Below, piece by piece: positions 56,120-64,000 of a stretch of DNA of 64,000 nucleotides. A model generated the notes under the pieces. The model saw only the letters and a list, made by a program, of their open reading frames with translations. It ran no database searches and was not told where the DNA came from. The DNA comes from Candidatus Promineifilaceae bacterium (GTDB taxonomy: Bacteria; Chloroflexota; Anaerolineae; Promineifilales; Promineifilaceae). The translations under genes were made by a program, and so were the position numbers. Numbering within the stretch: the first letter of the stretch is position 1; every line of letters starts with the position of its first letter. The stretch lies in the NCBI GenBank assembly GCA_046259725.1, contig JBJYWZ010000663.1, positions 16,098-80,097 on the forward strand, read 5' to 3'.

Positions 56120-57190
56120 ATGAAAAAAAGGGTCCTACATCAGTTTCTCGTGGATGTTTCAACCGGAGATGCAACGAGTGACCATGCGTTCCTCATCCGC
56201 AGTTGGCTGCGTGATATGGGGTTTGAATCAGAAATTTACAGCCCCGAGTACGCGGAGGAGCTGGAAGCAGAAGTCCACCGCTTTACGCCGGGAGCCCTGA
56301 CGGGCCAGGAACTCGTTATCTACCATCATACGATTGGTTCGGTGAGCCTGGATAAATTGATTAGCCGGCGCATTCCACTGCTGCTTATCTATCACAATAT
56401 TACTCCCCCGAAATATTTCATAAGCACCGATCCTGTCCTGGCCGGCCAGTTGATAAAGGGCCGTGAACAACTAAGCGATATTCTACCGCTCACCCGCCTT
56501 GCACTGGGCGCTTCAGGTTACAGCGAAGAAGAGTTGAAGCAGATAGGGTATGAGAATACTGGTGTGCTGCCGATTGTCCTCAAGGAGGCGGCTTATGATA
56601 TACCGGTTGACGGCGCGCTTCAGGCCAGGATCCAGGATGGCGGGCCGACGCTTTTGTTTGTGGGGCGTGTCGCGCCGAATAAGTGCCAGGAGGACCTCGT
56701 GAAGTTGCTTTATTACGTTCGCCAGGTTCTTCCGCGTGCTCGTCTGATTCTGGTGGGAAGTCTTAAGGCAGAAAGTTACGTGCGCTGGTTGAAAGATTTT
56801 ATCGACAAAAACGGGCTCACTGATGCGGTGACATTAACCGGTCATGTCACGCAGCAGGAAATGGTGACCTATTACAGGTCGGCCGATCTATTTGTCTCAA
56901 TGAGTGAGCATGAGGGCTTTGGCAAACCGCTCATTGAGAGTATGTACCAGGGTTTGCCTGTCCTGGCCTACTCTGCAGCGGCCGTTCCCTCTACGATGGG
57001 GGATGCAGGGGTCCTCTTTACTAGAAAAGAGTTCGAGCCGCTTTCCGAAATGGTTCGGATTCTGTATGAGGACCAGGAGATTCGACAGAAGTTGATCATC
57101 ACCCAGACGCGGCGCGCGCAAGATTTTCTGGAGGCCAACGTCAGAATGCAGTTTAGAAAATATCTGGAGCAGCTAGACCATCTCCGTTAA
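56120..57190 (+). CDS. GT4-family glycosyltransferase (type b)
   Basis: 356 aa. EX7E motif SEHEGFGKPLIESM. About half the residues are identical by eye to 58564-59649 (VLHQFL...GDA...AFLIR.WLRD..FES.IY). Confidence 0.85.
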   Translation: MKKRVLHQFLVDVSTGDATSDHAFLIRSWLRDMGFESEIYSPEYAEELEAEVHRFTPGALTGQELVIYHHTIGSVSLDKLISRRIPLLLIYHNITPPKYFISTDPVLAGQLIKGREQLSDILPLTRLALGASGYSEEELKQIGYENTGVLPIVLKEAAYDIPVDGALQARIQDGGPTLLFVGRVAPNKCQEDLVKLLYYVRQVLPRARLILVGSLKAESYVRWLKDFIDKNGLTDAVTLTGHVTQQEMVTYYRSADLFVSMSEHEGFGKPLIESMYQGLPVLAYSAAAVPSTMGDAGVLFTRKEFEPLSEMVRILYEDQEIRQKLIITQTRRAQDFLEANVRMQFRKYLEQLDHLR

Positions 57191-57289
57191 GTGGATCTCT
57201 CTTTGTGCCATACCGAAGGGCAACTGGTGATGTTGGTTGATCGGGCCTGAACTATTTCAGGTCAAAGATAATTCTTGACGGCCAACTGA

Positions 57290-58468
57290 TCACTTGACGG
57301 TTAATGTTTCGAACAAGGCCTGAAATTTCGCCAGAATAATATCCCAGCTGAATCGTTCCTCTACAAAAGCGCGGCCCTGGCGGCCCATCGTGGCGGCCAA
57401 TTGGGGATCGCCCAATATACGGGTCAGAGCCAGTTCGAATTCATCGTAGTTGCCATAGTAGAGCCCACCGTTGCTCTGCCGGCACTGGTACTTCAAGACT
57501 TCGCTCTGGCCATTGACCAGCACCGGCGTTTCAACCAGCCATGACTCCAGGGCTACGAGTGACAGGCTCTCATACTGCGACGGTTGGACAAGGGCAACGG
57601 ACGCCGCCAGGGCGTCAAATTTATCTTCCTCAGAGACAAAGCCAAGCGAGATAATGTCCGGCCTATCTGGAATGGGCATATGCGCTTTGCCAATCAATAT
57701 GAGTTTGAGATCGGTCTCATGAGAATCGCGGTAGCGGGCGAAATAATCTAAAAGCTTGTGCACATTTTTGTTTTCATCCACGCGGCCTACATAGAGAATG
57801 AAATCACCGTCGATGTCATAGCTTGCACGAAAGCGGTCTGGGTTTACGTCTGCAGGCGTATCAATTCCGACCCCGGCCAAAAACTGAGGAATGTAGTTAT
57901 TCTGCATGGCGGATTGCACCATACGCATTTCGGGCTCAACATTATAGATAATGGCCTGTGGCGCATGGAATACCTGTCGCATGATTCCTAGCTTGAGGAA
58001 TGGCTCATCGTGAGCATGAGGAATCAGCAGGGCTTTATCAGACACGAGCGGCAGGCCGAATACAGTATGGGCGTAGAGGTAGGTTACAAAAATAAAGAGA
58101 TCGGTGTCGGCGTAGGCGCCGCGTATAGCCTCTAATAATTTACTGGAAAATGGTCCCTGCGCGCGTACCCAATCATATTCATCGAACAGCGTGTGTTCTT
58201 TCTGAAGGATATAGGCAGTACGCTCAACTCCGTCGCTCGCACGCTCATAGTCTACCGGGAATCGTTCGATCCTGACGCCGTTGAGTGTGGTACTGCCAGG
58301 TGCGTATTCATTTGCCCAGGTGTGGTAGTCGATGGCGCACGTCGTCAACACACGAACATCGGCGATTTCTGTCAGGTGTTCGGCGAGGAGTCGCGCAAAG
58401 AATTCTGCGCCGCCGTTGACCTCGCTGCCGTACCGTTGTACCACTATCGCTATTGATGGTTTATGCAT
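57290..58468 (-). CDS. GT4-family glycosyltransferase (type a')
   Basis: 392 aa. IAIVVQRYGSEVNGGAEF N-terminus and EX7E motif SQYESLSLVALESW. Paralog of 54912-56075. Confidence 0.85.
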   Translation of the reverse strand: MHKPSIAIVVQRYGSEVNGGAEFFARLLAEHLTEIADVRVLTTCAIDYHTWANEYAPGSTTLNGVRIERFPVDYERASDGVERTAYILQKEHTLFDEYDWVRAQGPFSSKLLEAIRGAYADTDLFIFVTYLYAHTVFGLPLVSDKALLIPHAHDEPFLKLGIMRQVFHAPQAIIYNVEPEMRMVQSAMQNNYIPQFLAGVGIDTPADVNPDRFRASYDIDGDFILYVGRVDENKNVHKLLDYFARYRDSHETDLKLILIGKAHMPIPDRPDIISLGFVSEEDKFDALAASVALVQPSQYESLSLVALESWLVETPVLVNGQSEVLKYQCRQSNGGLYYGNYDEFELALTRILGDPQLAATMGRQGRAFVEERFSWDIILAKFQALFETLTVK

Positions 58469-58563
58469 ATCGTAAGAATGTCGCTGAGTTTTTTCTTCCG
58501 CCGTGCCGGTATGAGTTGAAAGAACAAGGACCTATTTTTGCTGCGCGTGTGCAGAATCCGGGG

Positions 58564-59649
58564 TCAAGCAGATTGGGGATAAAGTAGTCCTATCTTCTGC
58601 AAAATGCCTTCAAAAGTCTGCCGCGTTCGGGCTTCTAAAAATGCCTGCACGCGTTCTGTCTGGCCAACAATTAAACGCTGTCTTAAGGCGTTATCTGTAA
58701 GCAAAATGTCGACCAGCTCGGCTAACTCCGCATAGCGCTTATCCGTAAACATAACTCCGGCGTCGCCCATCGTGTAGGGCACGGCCGTTACGCCATAGGC
58801 TAACACAGGCAGCTCGCAGTACATACTCTCGACGAGAGGGGCGCCGAAACCTTCATGTTCCGACATGCTTATGTAAAGATCTGTGGAGCGATAATAAGTT
58901 ACTAGATCCCGATGGGAGACCTTCCCGGTCAAGCATATGTTTCGCGACAAGTTGAGTGCGGCGGCCATTTGCTCAACATACCTGTCATAGCCTACCTCCC
59001 AACGGGATCCAACCAGATGGAGCCGTGCATCCGGATGGATACGACAAACATGGCCCATCAGCCGGACCAGGTCCTCTTGTTTCTTGTTCGGTGCAAAACG
59101 GCCTACAAACAATAGATTAGGACCGGTGGAACGTATCCTATCTGCGGTCGCATTGTTCGCCGGCAGATCATAATCATCTTGACGGAGCGTAATGGGAAAT
59201 ATGGCTGTCTTCTGATAGCCTGCGACAGATAGATCCTGTTCATTAAATTCCGAAACGGCCAGTGCCAGACCGGTCTGATCGCGCAGGGTGTGCAGCTGAA
59301 CCAAACCCTGCCGCGCCATGCCGGCCCACTGTGGATCGATACGGGCAAAGTATTCCGGCGGTGTAACATTGTGATAGATCAAGAGCAGGGTCAGCTTCTG
59401 CTCTGATAAAAACTGCGGTACGGCCGATCCGATGCTGTGATGATACACAGCCCAATTCTCTCCCGGCGCGCGGCGGTATGAATACAACGGCCGTACCTCA
59501 GCGCTTATGCTTTCATGAATATGGAGAGCATAGATATTCGATTCGAAAGCCAGATCGCGCAGCCAATTGCGTATCAAGAAAGCCTGCGCCGTGATTGCAT
59601 CCCCGGCGGCGGCACCGGTCAGGAATTGATGGAGAACTTGCCGGCTCAT
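58564..59649 (-). CDS. GT4-family glycosyltransferase (type b')
   Basis: 361 aa. EX7E motif SEHEGFGAPLVESM. The start codon overlaps the P3 stop (ATGA at 59646-59649). Confidence 0.85.
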   Translation of the reverse strand: MSRQVLHQFLTGAAAGDAITAQAFLIRNWLRDLAFESNIYALHIHESISAEVRPLYSYRRAPGENWAVYHHSIGSAVPQFLSEQKLTLLLIYHNVTPPEYFARIDPQWAGMARQGLVQLHTLRDQTGLALAVSEFNEQDLSVAGYQKTAIFPITLRQDDYDLPANNATADRIRSTGPNLLFVGRFAPNKKQEDLVRLMGHVCRIHPDARLHLVGSRWEVGYDRYVEQMAAALNLSRNICLTGKVSHRDLVTYYRSTDLYISMSEHEGFGAPLVESMYCELPVLAYGVTAVPYTMGDAGVMFTDKRYAELAELVDILLTDNALRQRLIVGQTERVQAFLEARTRQTFEGILQKIGLLYPQSA

Positions 59650-60113
59650 TTCCCCTCCCGCGCTTCTAGTTCCGCCCTCAAGTGGTCGATCTCCTCTTGC
59701 TGCGCTTCCACCACGCGCGTGAGCACGTTTAATGTATCGACCACTTCGTTGTTCATCCGGATTTGCTGTCGCACGGCTCGATTGACGTAAAACAAAATCA
59801 GGTCATGCAGTTGCCCGCGAAAACGCTCCCACAAATTGCCTATCCAGGGAGTGCGGGTCGCCGGCGAATCCGCCAACATGGGATCCAGATCGGGTGGGGG
59901 CATCTCATTAATCAATCTCAAATGGTAATAAAGATCGGCATTATAGGGGCGATCAGTTGGGGGCTGTGGCATAGCACTTAGCTCGCTAAATGCCGGAGCA
60001 TTGATTTCGAGAGGCCCCAACGCACCCTCGCGCGCGTTAGCCCGTCTCCTAAGTTCGGCCAATAGAGCGTCAGACGTCCATGTGCTGTCGTGAATTTTGA
60101 TCCAGTCGTTCAT
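59646..60113 (-). CDS. GT-associated small coiled-coil protein, paralog P3
   Basis: 155 aa. ALLAELRRRANARE, ADLYYHLRLIN, PWIGNLWERFRGQLHDLILFYVNRAVRQQIRMNNEVV, and tail EIDHLRAELEAREGK. Confidence 0.7.
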   Translation of the reverse strand: MNDWIKIHDSTWTSDALLAELRRRANAREGALGPLEINAPAFSELSAMPQPPTDRPYNADLYYHLRLINEMPPPDLDPMLADSPATRTPWIGNLWERFRGQLHDLILFYVNRAVRQQIRMNNEVVDTLNVLTRVVEAQQEEIDHLRAELEAREGK

Positions 60114-60184
60114 CTAGGTAACCAGAAACAAAGCGCCGGAACCAACCAACGCCACGCAACCGGCAAGCCCCAACGGTTGCTACG

Positions 60185-60562
60185 TTACAGCTCGTCCTGC
60201 TCCTCAAGATATTGGCTCAAGGTAGACAGCGCTTGTAAAAACTGCTGGTTCACCTCCGCCTGCTGATCGGTCAGTTTCTGAACATAGAAAATGACCAACT
60301 GGTGAAACATCGCGCGGAAGCGATCGATTATCCCGCCAAAGACCGCCACATTGGATTTAGTTACATGGATTTTTACGCCAAGTTGATTCTGCGCCAGAAT
60401 GGCACGGTATAGATGTTCGTAAAATTCAGGAGGTAAGTTTTCTCCTTTGATTGGTATATCAACCTGAGAAGGTAACTTGCGTTCCAGGACCTGCTGGCGG
60501 ATATCCTGCATAATTGCTTCAATGTTGACACGTTCGGTCAATTCTTGTTCCGAATCTTTCAT
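60185..60562 (-). CDS. GT-associated small coiled-coil protein, paralog P4
   Basis: The ATG at 60562 (MKDSEQEL...) is preferred over the TTG at 60625. AIMQDIRQQVLERK, PEFYEHLYRAI and AVFGGIIDRFRAMFHQLVIFYVQKLTDQQAEVNQQFL. Confidence 0.65.
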   Translation of the reverse strand: MKDSEQELTERVNIEAIMQDIRQQVLERKLPSQVDIPIKGENLPPEFYEHLYRAILAQNQLGVKIHVTKSNVAVFGGIIDRFRAMFHQLVIFYVQKLTDQQAEVNQQFLQALSTLSQYLEEQDEL

Positions 60563-61109
60563 AGTTGATTCCGGCCGTTGTCTGGAAAGTAGAGCGTCGA
60601 CAGGTCCAAATATACCACAGACCAATCAGGGCGAGTAAGCAGGCTCGATGACGTTATCCCTACGATTATTCATTCGATCCGTCCTGTTCTCCCTTATCCT
60701 TTACTGCATGCAGGGTTCCATAATCAGCTAATTTTCCGGCGAATTGACGTCTTGAACTGCGTATAGTACATGGTGATTCTATTAGAAATTTGTCGCAATC
60801 ATTCTCATTAAAGACGGTGGTGGTACTATGTGGCCCTGATATGGCTGCATGGAGTCCAATCCGGGAGAAAGCTCGGATTGCTGTTGGCCGATATAACGAA
60901 TCCATCCCAGTTATTCGTTGGCGAGCCGCATCCATCTTCCAGGGTTCTGTCTTACCTCACAATCGACATTTAGGGACACGGACCGGGACAATAAGCAGGT
61001 AAGCGTGAGTTGTTCAGGAAAGAAACTAACTGTTAATCTCTCGCTTTATCAGGGAAAGGATGTTCAAAAGAATCCCTTTCGGACATCAGGTTACGAGGAG
61101 AAATTATAT

Positions 61110-63089
61110 ATGTTCCGCAGCGCATTCATCAGGGAACGCATCCATTTTGCCTGGTTATTTGGGTTATTCTTGCTGCTTACAACCACGGTTTTGCTCAGTG
61201 CATCGGCCGATATCACGAGGGTGCGTGAAGCTCCTTTGTGGGAACGATCGCTGCCTTCAACATCCTGTCCCTGGTCAGATTCCGATACCTACTGCCACCG
61301 CGCCTCGCCCGTATTGGCGGACATCACGGGTGACGGTAATCTGGAGATAATCGTCGCCACAAACCGCGGACACGTACAGGCTTACCGCTACGACGGAAAA
61401 CTTCTGTGGAGCACAGACATAGCGCCTGCATTTGGTATGAAGCGGGATACACAAAAAACTGCTTCCTCTCCCGCCGTAGCCGATATTGACGCCGACGGCT
61501 ACATGGAAATAGTAATGGGTGCGGGCACCGTTAAGCGCAATATCTGTACACAAGGTGGGGTCATTGCTCTGGAGCATGATGGGAGTGTCAAGAAGGGGTG
61601 GCCGTTTTTGACAAAGGATGGTGATATCCCCCCCGCGGGATGCCGCGAAACAGTGTTTGCGACGCCGGCGCTTGGCGATCTGGACAAAGACGGTGACCTG
61701 GAAATTGTCTTTGGCGCCTTCGACAAACGTTTCTATGCCCTGGACCACAACGGCAGACTGCTGCCGGGATTCCCTCCAGACAGTTACCATTTCCTACGAT
61801 TCGGTTGGGATAATCTGATAGGCAGGCTGGGAGATACTATGTGGAGTTCGCCTGCACTTGCCGACCTTGACGGTGATGGTTACCTGGATATTGTTACTGG
61901 TGCGGACGAAGGGGATTATGATGGCAGATTTGTGCCGGTAATGGGATCGTGGAGCTGTCCCTATCGCTCACCGAACACACAAGGGTATTGCGGTGGATCG
62001 GTCTACGCATTTGATCGTTTTGGCCAGTTGATTCCCGGGTTTCCGCGTTATTTGTATGAGATCATCCAGTCTACCCCGGCCCTTCTGGATGTGGACGAAG
62101 ACGGCCGTTCCGAGATATTTGTCGGCGCAGGCGATTACTACTACCTGAACAGCCCGGACAAACCGAAATATGGATTCCGTCTTTTTGGTCTTGACAGCAA
62201 CGGTCGTGATCTTCCTGGATGGGAAGGGGGTAAAAAAGTTGGCGGCGTGGTTATTTCATCCCCGGCTATCGGAGATATCGATGGCGATAATGCTCCCGAG
62301 ATCGTGTTTATGGCCGGTGACGATAGGCTTTACGCCTTTGACTTGAATGGCCAGCGGGTTCCAGGTTTCCCGATGACGCCGCGGATTTATACCGGTTTAG
62401 TCTTGGATTCAAATACAGTGGGCTCGACTGCCATTCTTGCAGACTACACTGGCGATGGCAAAATGGAGATTTTTGTGCGGCATGCCTGGGAAACAAACAT
62501 CATCGATGGTACAGGGACGCAGTTGACAAAGACATCAAGCAGTGATTCAAAGCCGGCCTATATAACTCTAGGAAGCCTCTGGAACAGCCCCGCCGTGGGA
62601 GATCTGGATCGAGATGGACGTCTGGAACTGGTTTCTCAAAATAGCGAACTGACAGTATGGACACTTCCTGCTTCCTCAGGACTTGCCGACTGGCCGATGT
62701 TAAAAAGAGACGCAGCGCGAACTGGCGCGGTCGTACCTGATATCAGGGTAGAACCTGATACAATGCATATGGTGCACGAGAGTGGCAAAAAAACGAGTTA
62801 CACTACCTGGTTGAATTTGACCAGTTTTGCCGGAACTTTTGATTGGGCATTGAGCACCAATGTAAGTGGAGTAATCAGTTTTCCCAGGGAGTCGGGAAGG
62901 GTCAATGGGACCAGAATGGTTTCGGCTCTTTTGACTATTGACGGTGATCTTCCGCCCGGAGTTCACAAAATTGGCAGGATTGACTTAACCATCTCACGCG
63001 ATGGGGCTGTTCATGAAGTTGTAAGGATACCGGTATCTGTGACCGTTTTTAAGGACCTGAACCAGTCGTTCTTACCAGCTTTGCCTTGA
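61110..63089 (+). CDS. Secreted/anchored FG-GAP (integrin-alpha-like beta-propeller) repeat protein
   Basis: ATG at 61110 with a GAGGAG RBS and signal/anchor FAWLFGLFLLLTTTVLLSASA. Eight D-x-D/T-x-D-G-x-x-E/D-hydrophobic repeats: ADITGDGNLEIIV, ADIDADGYMEIVM, GDLDKDGDLEIVF, ADLDGDGYLDIVT, LDVDEDGRSEIFV, GDIDGDNAPEIVF, ADYTGDGKMEIFV, GDLDRDGRLELVS. Confidence 0.8.
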   Translation: MFRSAFIRERIHFAWLFGLFLLLTTTVLLSASADITRVREAPLWERSLPSTSCPWSDSDTYCHRASPVLADITGDGNLEIIVATNRGHVQAYRYDGKLLWSTDIAPAFGMKRDTQKTASSPAVADIDADGYMEIVMGAGTVKRNICTQGGVIALEHDGSVKKGWPFLTKDGDIPPAGCRETVFATPALGDLDKDGDLEIVFGAFDKRFYALDHNGRLLPGFPPDSYHFLRFGWDNLIGRLGDTMWSSPALADLDGDGYLDIVTGADEGDYDGRFVPVMGSWSCPYRSPNTQGYCGGSVYAFDRFGQLIPGFPRYLYEIIQSTPALLDVDEDGRSEIFVGAGDYYYLNSPDKPKYGFRLFGLDSNGRDLPGWEGGKKVGGVVISSPAIGDIDGDNAPEIVFMAGDDRLYAFDLNGQRVPGFPMTPRIYTGLVLDSNTVGSTAILADYTGDGKMEIFVRHAWETNIIDGTGTQLTKTSSSDSKPAYITLGSLWNSPAVGDLDRDGRLELVSQNSELTVWTLPASSGLADWPMLKRDAARTGAVVPDIRVEPDTMHMVHESGKKTSYTTWLNLTSFAGTFDWALSTNVSGVISFPRESGRVNGTRMVSALLTIDGDLPPGVHKIGRIDLTISRDGAVHEVVRIPVSVTVFKDLNQSFLPALP

Positions 63090-63106
63090 TTTGGTGAATC
63101 GAACGC

Positions 63107-64000
63107 ATGCATGTTTTGATTGCGACGCCAGCTTTCCCGCCATATATTGGCGGCGGGGAGCGGCATACCGGCACACTGGCAAAGAACCTCATCGGCCGCG
63201 GCCACACAGTCTCCGTGGTTACAAGTGCGGCGGAGGAAGAAAGTGATTTTTGGAACGGCCGTGGCCGGGATGTTGTCGTAGAAAGCGATGGCTCGGCGTT
63301 AACCATCATTCGCGTGCCTATACAGCCGATGCCGGGTGGCTTTCGCGGCCTGCTTGCCTGGCGGAAAAGCATGGTCGTGTTGTCGACTGTTCCCGGAACA
63401 GGCGGGTTGCTGGCCAAGATGGCGGGACGGGTTCCTGCCATGGCCAACCTGGATGAGGCTTTTGGAAAGATCGAGAAGCCGGTGGATGTGGTGCACGCCT
63501 TCAATATTTCCTGGGAACATATGATGATGGCCGGCTGGCAGTATGCGCGTCGAAATAGCATTCCCTTTGTTGCTTCACCACTGGCGCATCTCGGGACCGG
63601 GTCTCGCGACCGCGTTGCCCTCAATTCCACGATGCGTCACCAGCGCGCGATGCTGTCCAGAGCGGATCTGCTGCTGACGAACACGCTTGTGGAGGCGCAG
63701 GGCCTGCAATCTAGAGGCGTCAAAACGGAAAAAGTCGACGTTGCCGGTCCGGGCATAGATATCCCGGAATACGTGGCTGACCTACCGGAATCGGCCGTGT
63801 CTAAAAAACCCTTTGTGCTGTATGTCGGCCGTATGAGTTACGACAAAGGAGTGCTGCATGCTGTGCAATCGGTGCTGCGCCTGCGAGAGCAGGGCAGCAA
63901 GCTGCATATCATATTAATCGGTCAAGAAACAGAAGAGTTTTCCCGCTTTTTCGATGATTTACCTGACCGTGACAAGAGATATGTACATGTACTTGGCGTT
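63107..64000 (+). CDS. GT4-family glycosyltransferase, 3'-truncated by the window end
   Basis: Not in the ORF track because there is no stop in the window. ATG at 63107 reads MHVLIATPAFPPYIGGGERHTGTLAKNLIGRGHTVSVVT..., continuing in frame to 64000 (...PFVLYVGRMSYDKGV...). Confidence 0.8.
   Translation, partial: MHVLIATPAFPPYIGGGERHTGTLAKNLIGRGHTVSVVTSAAEEESDFWNGRGRDVVVESDGSALTIIRVPIQPMPGGFRGLLAWRKSMVVLSTVPGTGGLLAKMAGRVPAMANLDEAFGKIEKPVDVVHAFNISWEHMMMAGWQYARRNSIPFVASPLAHLGTGSRDRVALNSTMRHQRAMLSRADLLLTNTLVEAQGLQSRGVKTEKVDVAGPGIDIPEYVADLPESAVSKKPFVLYVGRMSYDKGVLHAVQSVLRLREQGSKLHIILIGQETEEFSRFFDDLPDRDKRYVHVLGV

Noticed and set aside
57246-57261. CCTGAA-ctat-TTCAGG hairpin between the convergent GT4 genes, as a bidirectional terminator
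   Set aside because: It has only a 6-bp AT-containing stem and no flanking T or A runs. It is too weak to call.
60666-61002. ORFs 60666..60935 (minus strand, 89 aa) and 60790..61002 (plus strand, 70 aa) in the long spacer
   Set aside because: They overlap each other and have no RBS and no motifs. Their composition is odd. I kept the region as non-coding and flagged it as a finding instead.
63049-63630. 193-aa minus-strand ORF
   Set aside because: It is antisense to the clear GT4 reading frame that starts at 63107 and runs off the window. The GT4 frame is missing from the track only because it has no stop.

Overview
The window is a densely coded chromosomal segment from a moderately GC-rich bacterium. 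Gene content suggests a Chloroflexota-like organism, but that is an unverified guess. I support about 65 protein-coding genes and two tRNA-Val genes. I saw no rRNA, CRISPR array, transposase, integrase or prophage module.

Most of 1-50 kb is housekeeping:
- pcm, a Rieske / cytochrome b / dihaem cytochrome c operon, recJ-rnd-beta-CASP nucleases, kbl, hpf, comF-like, rimK and mutY.
- Two MFS transporters, several dehydrogenases and several methyltransferases.

Four things stand out:
1. 50.5-64 kb (continuing past the window end) holds a glycosylation cluster. It has six GT4 glycosyltransferases, a 725-aa GT-C-like membrane protein and an eight-repeat FG-GAP secreted protein. It also has four paralogous small coiled-coil proteins with no recognisable catalytic motif. 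Three sit directly upstream of a GT4 gene, two of them translationally coupled; the fourth heads one of those operons. Two adaptor-GT4-GT4 modules are paralogous and convergent.
2. Polyprenyl-phosphate carrier genes are scattered through the window: a polyprenol-kinase-like gene, a polyprenol-P-mannose synthase and a second GT-C-like protein.
3. Two paralogous membrane-anchored SPFH-like genes lie in tandem with overlapping stop and start (4.1-6.8 kb).
4. A 50-codon Flp-type pilin gene, absent from the ORF track, lies just downstream of an orphan NarL/LuxR response regulator (39.6-40.5 kb).

All functional calls come from reading motifs in the translations. No database search was run. Start codons are often uncertain because the ORF track reports the longest ATG/GTG/TTG extension.
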